Below, piece after piece: positions 22,474-34,982 of a stretch of 36,781 nucleotides of DNA. The notes beneath the pieces were generated by a model, which made no database searches, was not told the origin of the DNA, and saw nothing but the letters and a program-made list of their open reading frames with translations. This DNA comes from Pelomyxa schiedti (lineage: Eukaryota; Protista; Evosea): assembly GCA_020536535.1 (NCBI GenBank), contig JAHLWZ010000418.1, forward strand, positions 1 to 36,781. The letters run 5' to 3'. The position numbers and the translations under genes were made by a program. Every line of letters starts with the position of its first letter. The first letter of the stretch is position 1.

Positions 22474-25400
22474 TTACCAGCAGAGCCCCAACCGGAGAGC
22501 TTGCAGTTGGCCAATGGCACGAGCATCACCCAGGTCAGCTGCCCGATGCCACAATCCAATTGCCTTGTCAATGTCTTTGCCAATACCATCGGAGCCTTTG
22601 AAGTAACGCCATGCAATGCTGTTCATTGCTGCAGGATAGCCAGCATCAGCAGCCCTCTGAATCAGTGTAACTGCCTTGCTGATGTCCTTCTCAACACCCT
22701 TGCCTTTGAAATAACAGCAACCAAGGCCAGTCATTGCCCTGGCATTACCCACATCAGCAGCCCTCTGGTACAGTGTGACTGCCTTGTGAATGTCCTTCTC
22801 GACGCCATTGCCTTTGTAAAAACACACACCAAGGTTGCACATTGCGGTGGCATTACCAGCATCAGCAGCCCTCAGGGACAGCGTCACTGCCTTGTGAACG
22901 TCCTTCTCAACACCATTGCCTTTGTAAAAACACACAGCATGGTTGCACATTGCCCTGGCATCACCAGCATCAGCAGCCCTCTGGTACAGTGGCACTGCCT
23001 TGTGAATGTCCTTGTCAACACCTCCAACACCAAACTCATGGCAGAGGCCCAGAGATGTGACAGAGGAGGAACCCCAGTCAATTGGACCAACAGAACAAGT
23101 GATCGCAATGGGTTTTCCACTGGGAACACTGCATGGCGACGCTGCTGCTTGTGCCATGATTTCGGCTAAAAGGTGGCCTGCTGATGAACCTTCTTGGTGG
23201 TTGTCTGTGGATGAAGAGTAGCAGAACATACTCCACACGGCAAGAAAGTACATGCAAGACAACGACTGTTCTGCTGAAGATGTTGTGGATGATGACTGTT
23301 GATGATGAATGTTGAATCTCAGTGATGCTGTTGACACAAGGTCAGCCCATTCAGAAACAATGTACTCTTCTTTGTTGTTTGTTTCATTCAACACATGCAT
23401 GCAATGCATTCTCATTTCCTCTGGTGAGAAGGAGAGAGCACGAGAGAAAGCCAGCCACAGGCACGTGGGAATGTGCTGATGAAGTGACACGTGGTCATTG
23501 ATGACATAACGTACGCAAACAAGGAACAACAGACCAGGGAGGTAATAATAGTCATGATCTGTGGTGGTATTTTATTAACATTTGTGTTTTGTTGGACAAA
23601 AACAAAAATGTAGGTAGGAACACACCCGAGGTATTGATGATCATCTCAGATTCAAACAGGGAGAATGCGTTGGCAACAAGAGCAAGGGCAGAGTCAATGT
23701 TTCCCACTTGCAACTCCAAAAGTGCTTCCATCATCATCTCGTTTCGTGTGTAAATCACATTCCTCATAAAAATGGAGGCTGGTGTAACTGGTTCTTGTTG
23801 TATTGCTGCAATTGTCGTTGGGCTCTTTTTCAAAAGCAACAAGGCAGTGTTGTGGAAACTTTCAGTATCACCTGAAATGTGCCTTGTCCAGAGTGCCGTC
23901 AAAACCAATTCCGGGAGTGTGTTTCTATGTTTCTTGTTGATGATGGCTCTTGTAAATTCCACGTCTGTGGCTGTGAAGGATGCGGTCTTGCCTCTCAGTG
24001 ATGCAACTTCAACTGCTTGTTGATGACGACTGTCTGTTGTATGCTGGTTGCAAAAAGAGAGATAATGCAAAAGCAACAAAGCAGGTGAAAACACGGGGTC
24101 AACATCAAGTGCTTGGTGGAGGGTGTCAACACTGTCTTCCGTGGAGGAACCACAAAGAATCTGACATGTTGCCTTGCTTGTCAATGTAACTGAAATTGGA
24201 GTGTAAGTGAAAGATACTCCACCCTTATTCTTACAACCTGCATCGTTTGTCAGAGGAATAACACAAGAGTAAAAAGAGAGGAGTTCAGAAGGGCTTGGTG
24301 ACTCAATGTTCAACAGAACCTCAAATGCATCAAGTAAGGGCATTCTCTTATCAGGGTCACATTGCAACAATGAGCGAACGAGGTCACAGAACTCCTTTGG
24401 GAACTGTGGTGGCTTCATGGGGAAAAGCTCCTCACTCTCAAATAAGAATGTGACCTTTCTGCTTGGGCCATAATCATCAGGGTATCCTGGAAGTGGGTGC
24501 TTTCCGCACATGGCAAGCTCAAACAGGATGCACCCAAGTTCAAATGATGGTTGCTGTGTTTTTGTTGTTTGTGAGAGATGGACGAAGTTTCACATGATTA
24601 AATCCAAAATACCTTGTCACAACACAATGTTGAAGAGTGATCAGGGTTCTGCCTGTATCCTGCAATTCCATTGATGACCTCCGGTGCTCTGTGACTTGTA
24701 TTTCCTCTCACCGAAATGAGAGACCTTGTTTCCATCTCAAATGGTCTTCTTGTATTGCTGGTTCTGAGAAACTTTGTTGCACGACCAAGGCCAATCAAAA
24801 TCACTTGTTCTTTGTTCTGTTGATTAAATTGCATTTGGATGAGTATTTTGAGTGAACAAAAGAGAGGGCTGGGTGGGAACAGCACACACAGAAGAAACAA
24901 CGATGTTGTCCAGTTTGATGTCAAAGTGAATGGTTTGATTCACGAAAAGATGAACAAGAGCAGCACAGATATCCCTTGAATACTTGTGAACAATGGGCCA
25001 CGGTGTGGTCGTTGCACGGGGAGGAGCAATGTTTTTCATGTGCTTCAGGAAGTGTTCCAATGTCTCAGAGTGATGCTCGAACACAACCCACACACACACA
25101 CGCATCCTCTTCTGAACTGGGTCAAAGGCCATGCCCTTGGCCGCTGGTGGGAGGTAGTCATAAAACTCTTCTGGGATGCGGTCTCTGAAGTGACAGAAGT
25201 ACCGGTTTACATTTGGATGTGGTTCCAACGTGGAGGACACAACGTATTCATTCTGTTACAGGAGGAGAAGACAACAACAAAAAAGTAATGTCAATTGAGT
25301 TACGTCTCAGGCAGGAAGGATGTGCACGTTACCTCAAAGGCATTCTTCACACTTGCTGTAATACCATAATTCAAAATAGCCTTGAGGACATACGACTGGT

Positions 25401-25779
25401 CCCTGAATAGCTCAGGGTGCTCCTCTGCAACGCACTTCGCCTCATAAACGATTCCTGTCGTCACGTCGCGTGAATAGTGTAACTTTCAATATTTTTAAAA
25501 AACGACGGGGATGACGGTTCCATTTTGTTTCTAAAGTATGTTTTGGTGTATGAGTGCTAATAAATAACCTTTGTCACCATAGGAGAGGCATTTCACGACT
25601 TCGAAGTTTGTTGAAACAACAGAAGCTTCTGTGTCACTTGACAAAAAAAAAAATCCTTTTCCTCGTATTGTGTGCAAGACACAACAATCAAACAACGGCA
25701 CTTTGACGGCAACATGGTAGAGAAACACCAGTATAGCAATGAAACTGTCCTTTGGGTGAGACGTTTTCCGTGTCCGCAT
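22474..25779 (-). CDS. PINK1-like (pseudo)kinase fused to C-terminal Sel1-like repeats; start uncertain
   Basis: Spliced motifs SYGDKG|IVYEAK, LKAILNYG, LEPHPNVNRYFCHFRDRIP, HFDIKLDN, LIGLG, GNTSHRAPE, FELGCILFEL, DPDKR. Five 36-aa SLR repeats (AMCNLGVCFYKGNGVEKD..KA..LYQRAAD.G). Confidence 0.82.
22500..23055 (-). repeat. Five Sel1-like repeats (108-nt period)
   Basis: Near-identical 36-aa units in ORF 22474-23529. Confidence 0.92.
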
Positions 25780-26127
25780 CTGCTAAGAAACTACGCGGAC
25801 GCATCCGTCGCGGAAAGTTTCTGCTGGGCCAGACGTTGTCCGTGTCCATTTGTGGCCTTATAAGCTGCACTCGAAGCATCACAAATCCAAAAAAAAAAAA
25901 AAAAAAAAAACACAAATTGGCAGAGCTACTAGTGGATTGGTGCACCAACAGCGCTTTGTGGAGTGGTGATTTTTATCACCACGTCCTAACAATCATGTCT
26001 CTGGGCCAGTTCAACAGTACAAAGGTTGATATTATTGTTATTGTTGTTCTTTTTATTGTTTTGCTGTTCTGTTATATCGTTCTGTTCCTCATTTTTCGAT
26101 TGTACTCACTCTATGAAGAAGGTCTTT

Positions 26128-27657
26128 TATGCTATGACATGTGGAGAGAGTTCTTTGATGATGCATTTTTCCAGCAAGTTACTTCCGAAACTATCAGGTA
26201 TTTAATTTAATTTCTTCAAGCTGGCTTGCACAGGGAAAGTGCTTGGGAGGACCATTGGGTGCCTACTTGTGCCCACAGTTGGGTTAAAGCACTGTTCGAA
26301 CAAAACAGGTGCGTACTTCATCAGTACAACCAAGTTCATGTCATTTTCAGATTTTTCTTGATGAATCAAATGTTACACTTCTCAAATCCAGATGATAACC
26401 CAAGTGATAGACTGCGGAGTATACGATTCTTAATTGAGCACTTCAATAACAAATTTACATCTTTGTGGCACCCGGGTATGTATACTCAAATAAATACTTG
26501 TGTGTCTGACATTTAAAAGGGCGTAATGTAACAATAGATGAAGCTATTGTCCCTTTTAAAGGCCTACTTAATTTCCGGGTTTATGTGAAAAATAAACCTA
26601 AAGGCACTGGAGTAAAAATTTTTATGTTAGCGGATGAATACAGTGCTATTGTTAAATTCATTGTCTATGATGCCGCTAATTCTTATGGTACTGTGATTTG
26701 ATTTCTTTTCTAATACTTACCTTTTGACAAGGTGATTTGGATGCAAACCTTACTTTGAAGGCTCCAATTTTTCGAAAATTACACTTGGAGAATGTGCATC
26801 TCATTACTATTTTCATTTTATTTATAACATGTTTCAACAGAAAAACCTGTCTGCAACACAAAAAACTGTTTTGTCCTTACTCAGTGCGTTGCATTACCCA
26901 CAATCAACCCGCCTTACAATGGATCGGGGGTTTCCTACAGCTGCTTTGATACAGCAGCTTCACACTTGTGGAATAGAGTTTCTGGTGACTTGCAGACAAG
27001 TGCCGGAATGCTATGGTTTTTTTTTTTTTTTTTAATTTATCAATTGTACATAAGGTGTTTAAGAGCATTATCAGCACGCCAACTGATGACTGGTTGAAAT
27101 GCGAGTACCAGTAACTTTACTAATTTGTTTTTCTTATTTTAACACCATTTTCAGTTTTGCTATGATGAAAGACTTTTCAGTCACAGCCCTGATGTACCAA
27201 GACAATTGTTTAGTCAATTTTCTGTCAAATTATGTCTGCTGGCTGTTTTGTCCCAGTACCACATCCCCATGTTACTGCGTTCAAAGGCAGAGATTATGGT
27301 ATGGGCAGGGACACACATTTGTTTCTAATACCAAAAAAAACCAGATAAAAGCAATCCCTATGTGCGGTGGATAAAACCAGGTGTTTGTGGAAACTGCAAG
27401 CCATTTAAGGAAAGGGAGTGGAATACCTGCCAGCAATTGTACATGAGTACCGTTCACACTACCACAATGTGGATGTAGTAGACAAGTACTCTCTTTCTTT
27501 CAACTTCTATGAAGTTACACTTAACCCTAGATTTCCGAGTTTGTATGGAATCCGTCATGGGCATGGCAAGTGGACACATAAGTGCTTTTGGTTTTTATGT
27601 ACTTGTGCTGCCAACCAAGCAAGGATTCTTTACAACTCAACCAATCACAGTCCTTAG
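26128..27657 (+). mobile_element. Degenerate piggyBac-type (DDE_Tnp_1_7/PGBD) transposase gene with spliceosomal introns
   Basis: Spliced peptide EFFDD..., EDHW, RFFLMNQMLHF, DRLRSIRFLIEHFN, VTIDEAIVPFKG...KNKPKGTGVKIFMLAD, LTMDRGF, YQDNCLVNFLSN, PAIVHEYRSHYHNVDVVD, KWTHKCFWFL..AANQARILY. Catalytic Asp candidates at 26537, 26922 and 27472. Frame break near 27300-27410. No TIRs found. Confidence 0.85.
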
Positions 27658-28020
27658 GCCTTCTCAGGTGATCCCTGACAATTTGATTTGGAGGTACTCT
27701 GTGTCCCGGACGATGATTTTTCAGAGTTTCCAATTCCAAACTTGTGTCTGTTAAGTTTATGAGATATGTGGGACTGAGTTGACCAAGCCACACCAAGGTC
27801 ATCCTTTCTGCTTTCCTTGATTCCTGACAGTTAAGTCCATGAAGGAATAATAAATGTCTTTGAGTAGGGTAAAATTTGTCTCATTGTTTTTGATCAGACA
27901 GCATAGGTCACAATGCCTGTTTGGAAGTAGCTACACGTTCCCCTGGCGGTGTTGGTAGATGAAAAGGAAGGAGTGTCTGTTAATTGGTGTCGGGAGTGCT
28001 GCTCGGTCACGTGGTGGGGG

Positions 28021-31000
28021 TCAAGAGGAAGACGTGGCAGTGGTTGGTTCTGTGCGATTGCTGTGGCCAGGGAACGCTGCCGCTGCGATGTTGGCGAGGC
28101 ACCTGCTGATGTGTCCAGTAACGTCGTCGTTGTCCTCACTTGTGGGAGTGTTGTTGTGGGTGTTGGTTAGATCAGGTCGTCTGGAATTTGTGAACACCAT
28201 CTCGGCACACGTCATCAACACTTTGTCAATTGCCGAGAATGACGGCCGATCGATTTCTGTGTGTGGGTTGCGTGTGTTTGTGGGAGTCGGTGTGAGTGGC
28301 AAGGAGGGACGGAACGGGGAAGGAAAAACGAACCGAGGATCGAGAGGCAGGATTCGACAACGAGAGAGAACAGACCAACGCACGCGCGGTGCACGTTGCT
28401 GTTCATCTTGGGCTCAGAACGCAACGCGGAAATGATTGCAATCTTCCGGCTGAGGCACTCCACAACGGGATAATCTCCAACGTCATCACAAATCCGGTCC
28501 ACTTCTGTGTGTGCGTGTTAGGTGACGTGACGCAGAGAGTTTTTTGGCTTTTATTGTTGTCAACCGGCAATTTCTGGGGCTGAGAGTGATTCCCGCTGGA
28601 CCCTCATATATTCTGTCACTTGGGCACCGGACTTGGGCATCTTCACTGATGGAACTTCGCCTTGAAGGAGTTCACTCAACAAAACTGCAAACTCCCACAT
28701 GTCTCCTTTTGAATGTTTGTTCATGTGTGTGGTGCGGAATTAATTGGTGTTGAGTGAAAATTAAATCAACGGGATGAACACAACACAATCCAAAATAATA
28801 CCTTGAATCCCATAGTGCCCAGTGTGCATCTGCGGTGGCAAGTAAATTGGTGTTCCGGCCCCGTTTGTGAAACTCCCAATTGGAGGAGCTGGTTTGCTCC
28901 CGCCGCCGATTTGGTGCTGCTGGAGGGCTCTTGATACTCCTTCATTTTCAGTTGGGATTGAGAGAGTTGATTGTGTTGGCATGTGTGTGCGTGTCTGTGT
29001 CAATTGCAGAAATTACCAAAGTCAGTTATTTTTGGAGTTCCACAAGAATCGAGGAGAACATTGTTGCTGCTCAAGTCCCGGTGCATGTAGTTCCTCCTGT
29101 GTTTTTTTTTTGTATTGGTTTTAAGCCGATCAACATAAATGATATATATTATTTTTAAAAAGAGTGGCAAGAAAAACTGAATGAAACCTGTGAAGTGCAG
29201 TCATTCCTTTGGCAATTCCAGAAGAAACTGCCACAACTTCCATGAATGTCAAATCTTTCTAATAATTGTGTGGTTGGTATATTCGTATTTACAATTTGAG
29301 GGAGTCCAACCAAAAATAAGTGGGGGAGGAAAGAGGGAGCCAAAAAACGAACATGATGAAGGAGCTGCCTGAGACTCATTTCCATGAGTTCAGACACGAT
29401 CCAGAGTGACCCTGTGCTCGTGACGCACGTTCCAAGGCATCTCACAATGTTTGGGTGCCTCAAGCTTGACGAAACCTGGTTCGTGAATTTTAAGAACGCA
29501 AGATTATCGGAGACGGAACTCCCCCGTCTCACACACTAGAGCTTCCTGCTGAAACCTCGTGATGTTGAACTCAGACTTGATGGCTTCGTGAAGTGCTTTG
29601 ATTGCCACAAACGTTGGTGTTCTTTCCGATGAGGATGACGATGATGAGGAGGAAGTGGTCATTGCGTTGTGATCATCATGGAAGGTGCACTTGAAGACAG
29701 TTCCATACGATCCTACTCCAAGTGTGGAAACAACTTTCAGGTCTTTCTCTTGGATTGACACGCTTGATTTGATTCGAACCTTGATTTGAACAACAACTCC
29801 GTTTCTGCTGCTGCCACTGTTTTGTTGTCGTTGTTGAATGTCATCCAAGGCGATGGATGAATCGGTCAACAGCAGTTCCTCAGAGTTGTTGTTTTCAGAA
29901 CCGACGGTGAAAATCACTTGTTGTGTTGGTTCAACTCCAAACTTCCTTGAAACAATAAGCTTCACAATCTTTTTTTTGAACAAAACAAGCAGTTAGAAGA
30001 AACATCGCCAAACAACAGAGAAAGAAAAAGAAAGGAAGAAAGGGGGGGAAGGCTTCACAAGAAAAGAAAGGAAGGAAAGCACCATTTGCAGGGGACAGTA
30101 TCCACACACGATTTCATCGAAAGAGTGAAGATCCTCAAATGCGATCCTGAGTTGCGATCGCTTGCAGGTGTTGTTGGTATTATTGTTTTCAGGGAGGAGA
30201 ATGTTGCGCCACATGCCTTCTCCTTGTTCAACATGTGACATCACATGATTTGTGTCTGTATTGACAGAATTAGAATTGAGTCGGTGTGGTACTATGTTAT
30301 TATACGCTGCATGCATGAGAAAAAAAAAGGAGGGGATGGAGTGTGTTTTGAGTGGGCAGCAAGCACAAACAGTGTTGGAGATCACAAAATCTTTGTTGGT
30401 CAGACTCTCTCTCATCACAAAACATTTTCAGGTTCTTTGCACTTTCTTCCTCCAATGTTGTTATGTGTGCCTCCAGTTCCATGAGTTCTGTTTTTGGAAA
30501 AACCTCAACGAGGAGGGAGCCGATGATGAGCTCAACTGGAGGAAGGTGTGTTCAAACCCTTGTTCTTTGCAGTCATGTCGGACACGGCTTTTTCTTGCAA
30601 CCTTTGGAGCTCCATCTGTGTGTGGATGCATGTCGTTAAACAACAAAACACACACACACACACCTCTGAATTATGTTTCCCTTGATGATGTGCACAACAC
30701 GAATGAGAAGATGATGAGAAACGCAAAAAAAGAAGAGCTGAAAGGAGAAGGAAGGAGGAAAGGGGAGCACAAACACATTGTTGTTGAAGCTCACGAAATC
30801 TTTGTTGGTTGTCTCTTTCTCTTTCTTCATAGATTCGTTTCATTTCTTCAATTCTTTGTTGAGCGGACGCATGTTGTTTTCTTTCTTCATGGAGAAGATT
30901 CAGGTTCTTTGTGTTTTCTTCCTCCAATTGTGTGATTCTTCCCTTCAGTTTCGTGATCTCATCTTTTGAACACAAAAGTGCGTTATTGGCAACAATTTTC

Positions 31001-32754
31001 ATTTGATGGGGAAGGGGTTTTTCACTGCACTCTTCAGCTGCTTTGCCTCGATTTCCCAGCAGTCTCTCTCTTGTTTCCTGATGTTGTTGCTGGTTCCCAT
31101 TGTTGTTGTCGTTGGTCTTGCTGTTGCCCCCACAGTTGCAGTCGGTTGTGGTTGTGGTTTTGGTGGGGCGGATGAAGATCGTGATGGCCTGTTTGGAGCA
31201 GAGGGTGGTATCGGATATGGCTGTTGTTGTGGGGCTGTTTTGAGAGTGGCAACTGCCTGTGTTGTTGCTGATGTTGTGGCTGGACACACGGCTTGGAACG
31301 CTTGATGCACTTGATCATTTTTCGAGCACTCAAGTGCTGTTTTTCCCTCCTTGTTCTGTTCCGATAGGAAAATTACAACATATCAATCAAACAAAAGGGG
31401 GGGGGGACCTTGATGTGAGTGCCAGTACCCACACAAGACAGAAGTTGCTTCACAATTGCAACGTTTCCTTTTCTGCAAGCAAGATGAAGCGCGGTCTGAG
31501 AGGGAGAGAGGGAGACGAAAATTAAGTTTTGTGTCAAGCATCAAATAAAGGAAAGAAAACAAAGGACATTGGGAGGGGTGGGCGTACATCACCCTTTCAA
31601 TTTGAAAGAGAGACCCCCAAAAGATATATGAGTAACACAACAAGAACAAGAAAAAAATGTTGTACTTCCTGAAAAATAAGAAGGTAAGCACAGGAAATAT
31701 TCAAGGAGTGGATTTCATACAATCTGCAGCAGTGCAAAATATCATAAAAATCGCGGAAAGTTAGAATAAAAAAAAAGCCAGGGAGTACTTACTCCCTAAG
31801 GATCCAATTGTCCAACAATAGGTAGAAAAATGAGAGAAAGTGTTTCAGAGAAATTGAAGCAAGTCAGAAACTGATGAATAAACACAATAAAAAAGGGATG
31901 GGAGCAGTTACGCACATACTAAATATGCCACAGAGAGTGAAGCAAAGAGAGATAAATTGAAGCAAGTCATAAATTGATGATTAAACGCAATAAAAAAGTG
32001 TTGGGAGCAGTTACACAATACTAAATATGCCACAGAGAGTGAAAGTGAAGCAAAGAGAGAAATTGAAGCAAGTCATAAATTGATGAATACAATAAAAAGG
32101 GATGAGAGCAGTTACACACAGGCTAAACATGCCACAGAGAGTGAAGCAAGGAGGGAGAAATTGAAGCAAGTCAGAAATTGATGAATAAGTGCAATAANNN
32201 NNNNNNNNNNNNNNNNNNNNNNNNNNNNNNNNNNNNNNNNNNNNNNNNNNNNNNNNNNNNNNNNNNNNNNNNNNNNNNNNNNNNNNNNNNNNNNNNNGCA
32301 ATAAAAAAGGATTGAGAGTGGCAGTACGTACAAGATCCCCCTGGATTTACGTTGTTAGAGGAAAGGGAATGAAAACATAATCAAGATAGGTATTACATAC
32401 AATCTGTGAAGTGAGAGATACAAATTTGTGAGTGCCTACAAAATAAGGACCCTCAAACCTGAGAATTCACATGGATATTCATTGACAGCAGGAACTCGAC
32501 GCACTGTGGGTTCCCTCCCCACGTGGCTGCATGCAACGCTGTCTGTGTGTGGCGGCGAAAACGAATTATTATCGTGTGGAGAAAAAAAAAAAAAGAATTA
32601 CGCGCATTGCACTCACCACTCGTTCCCGTTCGTCGTTGACAGAGTTTAGTATGTAGCGGTCGCCGGCCAGATGGCGCCGCAGTGCGTCGGTGTCGCCATT
32701 TTTCGCGGCACGGAACCACTCCTCCGGTCCCACGCCTGTCCATAGTTCTATCAT
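28021..32754 (-). CDS. Ankyrin (micro-exon loop) / coiled-coil / ubiquitin-like / kinase, copy C
   Basis: Start MIELWTGVGPEEWFRAAKNGD. Same exon chain and kinase motifs as copies A and B. Stop at 28021. Confidence 0.88.
31588..32403 (-). other. Micro-exon array in copy C (at least 8 intact, one defective, partly hidden by an N gap)
   Basis: ATT 32401-32403, GGGGATCTT 32332-32340, [gap 32198-32297], CCT 32120-32122, defective TAT(T) 32017-32020, TAT 31916-31918, GGA 31793-31795, ATT 31721-31723, GAA 31666-31668, GGTGAT 31588-31593. Repeat period about 102 bp at 31850-32195. Confidence 0.8.
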
Positions 32755-33421
32755 CACAACACCGTTTAGAACTATAGCAATAAAATAATCAACAGACCGG
32801 AACGCTTTCGTGTCCTCGCCAGTCTCGGCGGTCTGGTGTTTTTTTTTATTCGGCCAGATCACACCCAGAGTGGGTTCCAAGCTGTTCCCAAAGGGTGTCC
32901 CAAAAGGGGAAAAACACTACCCAACAGCAGCCTGGCATCTCGTCCTCTCTCCACTGATCCTGTCCCTTGGAACAGCCAGGCTTTCCATCTCCACCACGGT
33001 GGCATCATCCAGCCACCCATAAGTCGGAATCGGCAGCGGGATTTCGACTGGCACGGCAGTGATGCCGAGCGTCTCCGATACCCCGAAAGTGACACACCGT
33101 CACCATCGACCGCCAAGCCGATTGTTACGACGTCTCCGAACCCAAGTTGTGCCGATGTTGCGCATCACAGAGACTGGCAGGAGGCGCACAGGAGCGGAGC
33201 TTATGCCGCCGCCGCTGCAGCCCGCGGCGAGGGCGACGAACTGGTCCCGGGCCAGCGTACTGTTGTTTTCTGAACAGTGTATGACGCCGTTCCTAAGAGC
33301 CAGAATTTGGCCTGGTCCCGTCTTTGTGTTCTTTGTGTTACAACCGCGGTGGTTGTTACCCATACTCAGGTTTGTTTTGTATTTTTTTTCTTTCAACGAA
33401 GCCACCGGTGTTGATCACACG

Positions 33422-34897
33422 ATGAACCGACATTGGGGGCCTCACCCGGCAGTGACTGTTTCGTTGAAGGCAAAGGACCAAGTCTCGTCGTTGTTGATGA
33501 TGACACATTCTCGTTGTGGTGGCCAACGACAACAACCACCCCAGCACCACACAATGTCCCACCAACACAACCACAGCAGCAACAGTCACAGGCATAATAC
33601 TCACCACAGCAAACATCACCAACATCAAAACCACAGCCACAGTCACTACTACTGCCATCAACAACAGCAACAGCAACAACGACAACATCTGCAACAGCAA
33701 CAATTGTGCCTGGCCATCAGGCTTGTGTGGGAATACTGTGTCGATGTAACCAGGGTCGTCTGCGTTCCCATTGGTTGTGTGGCTCAGTTCAGGGTGTCTG
33801 CTGTCTTGGGTTCTGTAATCATCATTGGTGACGACGACGACGACACGGTGCACTGGGTCTGCACTGGATCGTCAGTGTTCCATTTTCGTCACACCATCAA
33901 CGCGAACCACTGCAATGTGGTTGAATCTTTGGGCTATGTGGAGGACTTTGCCAGGGCGGCGTACATGAGGAGCAACGATGGGCGGCATGGATGGTGGTTG
34001 GTGCGAGATAGTCTTGTCGGCGATGCTTTCTCGCTGAACCCGAGGTGGTTTGTTGACCTGCAGGCTAAAAAGCACAATCTGGTGATTGCACCAACAACGA
34101 GTCCAGTGGAACGAACGAAGGGCACAGATGGTGCACCACTAGTTGTGGACGTGCCAATCATTGTTGAGGGTGGCGAACATGTGCAATTCTTTCTTGATAA
34201 CAACACATGCCTGGATGAGGGCGTTGTGTGCAAGCTCATCAAGAAAAGTGGTGATGGTGATGGTGAAAGTGCAGTTGTGGAGCTGACGAGAGTTGACATT
34301 TGGCAAACGTGGTCATCAAAGAGATTGACGGTGCTGAGTTCCACAAGGTGCCAACTGGGGAATGCTGTTTCCATACATGAAGCTTTGGTGCTGCACAAAA
34401 GAAATGGGTCTCGTGCTTTCATCCTCTCTGTAATTTGCGATCAGCATCGGTGTGAGCCACAAACCGTCTGCCATGTGGATGAGGGAAAAACACTGAACGT
34501 TTGCTCTTTGCTGCTCACTTTACCTCCTCAGTACCGCACTACACCAGGAGGAGGAGCAGGCCGTGATTGGGCAGTCAGCACCTCAAAACTGACTGACTCG
34601 CTGTTCTGCGTGGCATACCTCTCAGCATCCTTCTGTTCTTGCCACCAACAAGTGGAAATTTGGGATATCAACTGGACAGGCAGCAGAAGCATGCCACTGA
34701 AGGCAATCGAACTGAGTGCCTCAGTTCGTGAGTTGATTGCTGCTGGAGGCCTGCTGCTCAGCATAACAACAAGGGGAGGTGGTGAGTCACACAGTGACAT
34801 CTTAGTGACTGATCCAGAAACAGGAGCACTCATTCTCACTCTCTCTGGTCAGAGACAAAACAATTCACTGAGGGACACAATGTCCTTCTTGTGTTAA
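33422..34897 (+). CDS. Hypothetical protein, LSARxQ-motif family, with His/Gln-rich insert
   Basis: SLKAKDQVSSLLMMTHSRCG, LAIRLVWEYC, CVAQFRVSAVLGSV, VEIWDIN and TGALILTLSG are shared with 18253-20327. The start may extend to an upstream exon (~32950-33280). Confidence 0.8.
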   Translation: MNRHWGPHPAVTVSLKAKDQVSSLLMMTHSRCGGQRQQPPQHHTMSHQHNHSSNSHRHNTHHSKHHQHQNHSHSHYYCHQQQQQQQRQHLQQQQLCLAIRLVWEYCVDVTRVVCVPIGCVAQFRVSAVLGSVIIIGDDDDDTVHWVCTGSSVFHFRHTINANHCNVVESLGYVEDFARAAYMRSNDGRHGWWLVRDSLVGDAFSLNPRWFVDLQAKKHNLVIAPTTSPVERTKGTDGAPLVVDVPIIVEGGEHVQFFLDNNTCLDEGVVCKLIKKSGDGDGESAVVELTRVDIWQTWSSKRLTVLSSTRCQLGNAVSIHEALVLHKRNGSRAFILSVICDQHRCEPQTVCHVDEGKTLNVCSLLLTLPPQYRTTPGGGAGRDWAVSTSKLTDSLFCVAYLSASFCSCHQQVEIWDINWTGSRSMPLKAIELSASVRELIAAGGLLLSITTRGGGESHSDILVTDPETGALILTLSGQRQNNSLRDTMSFLC

Positions 34898-34982
34898 GTC
34901 TGTGGTAAAAATACCTTTGGTGTACTGTGCCACACTCAAACACAAACAAACAGCACTATTCCCACACAAACCTTCACTTTTT

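Noticed and set aside
25889-25910. Poly-A run as a retrotransposon tail
   Set aside because: No target-site duplication or upstream retroelement sequence is visible, and long A/T homopolymers are common throughout the window.
26281-27531. piggyBac end-like motifs GGGTTAA (26281) and TTAACCCTAG (27521)
   Set aside because: Both are internal to the transposase gene and face the wrong way to flank it. The second is the branch/acceptor region of intron 27486-27530. TAGGGTAAAA near 27865 gives only a 5-bp match.
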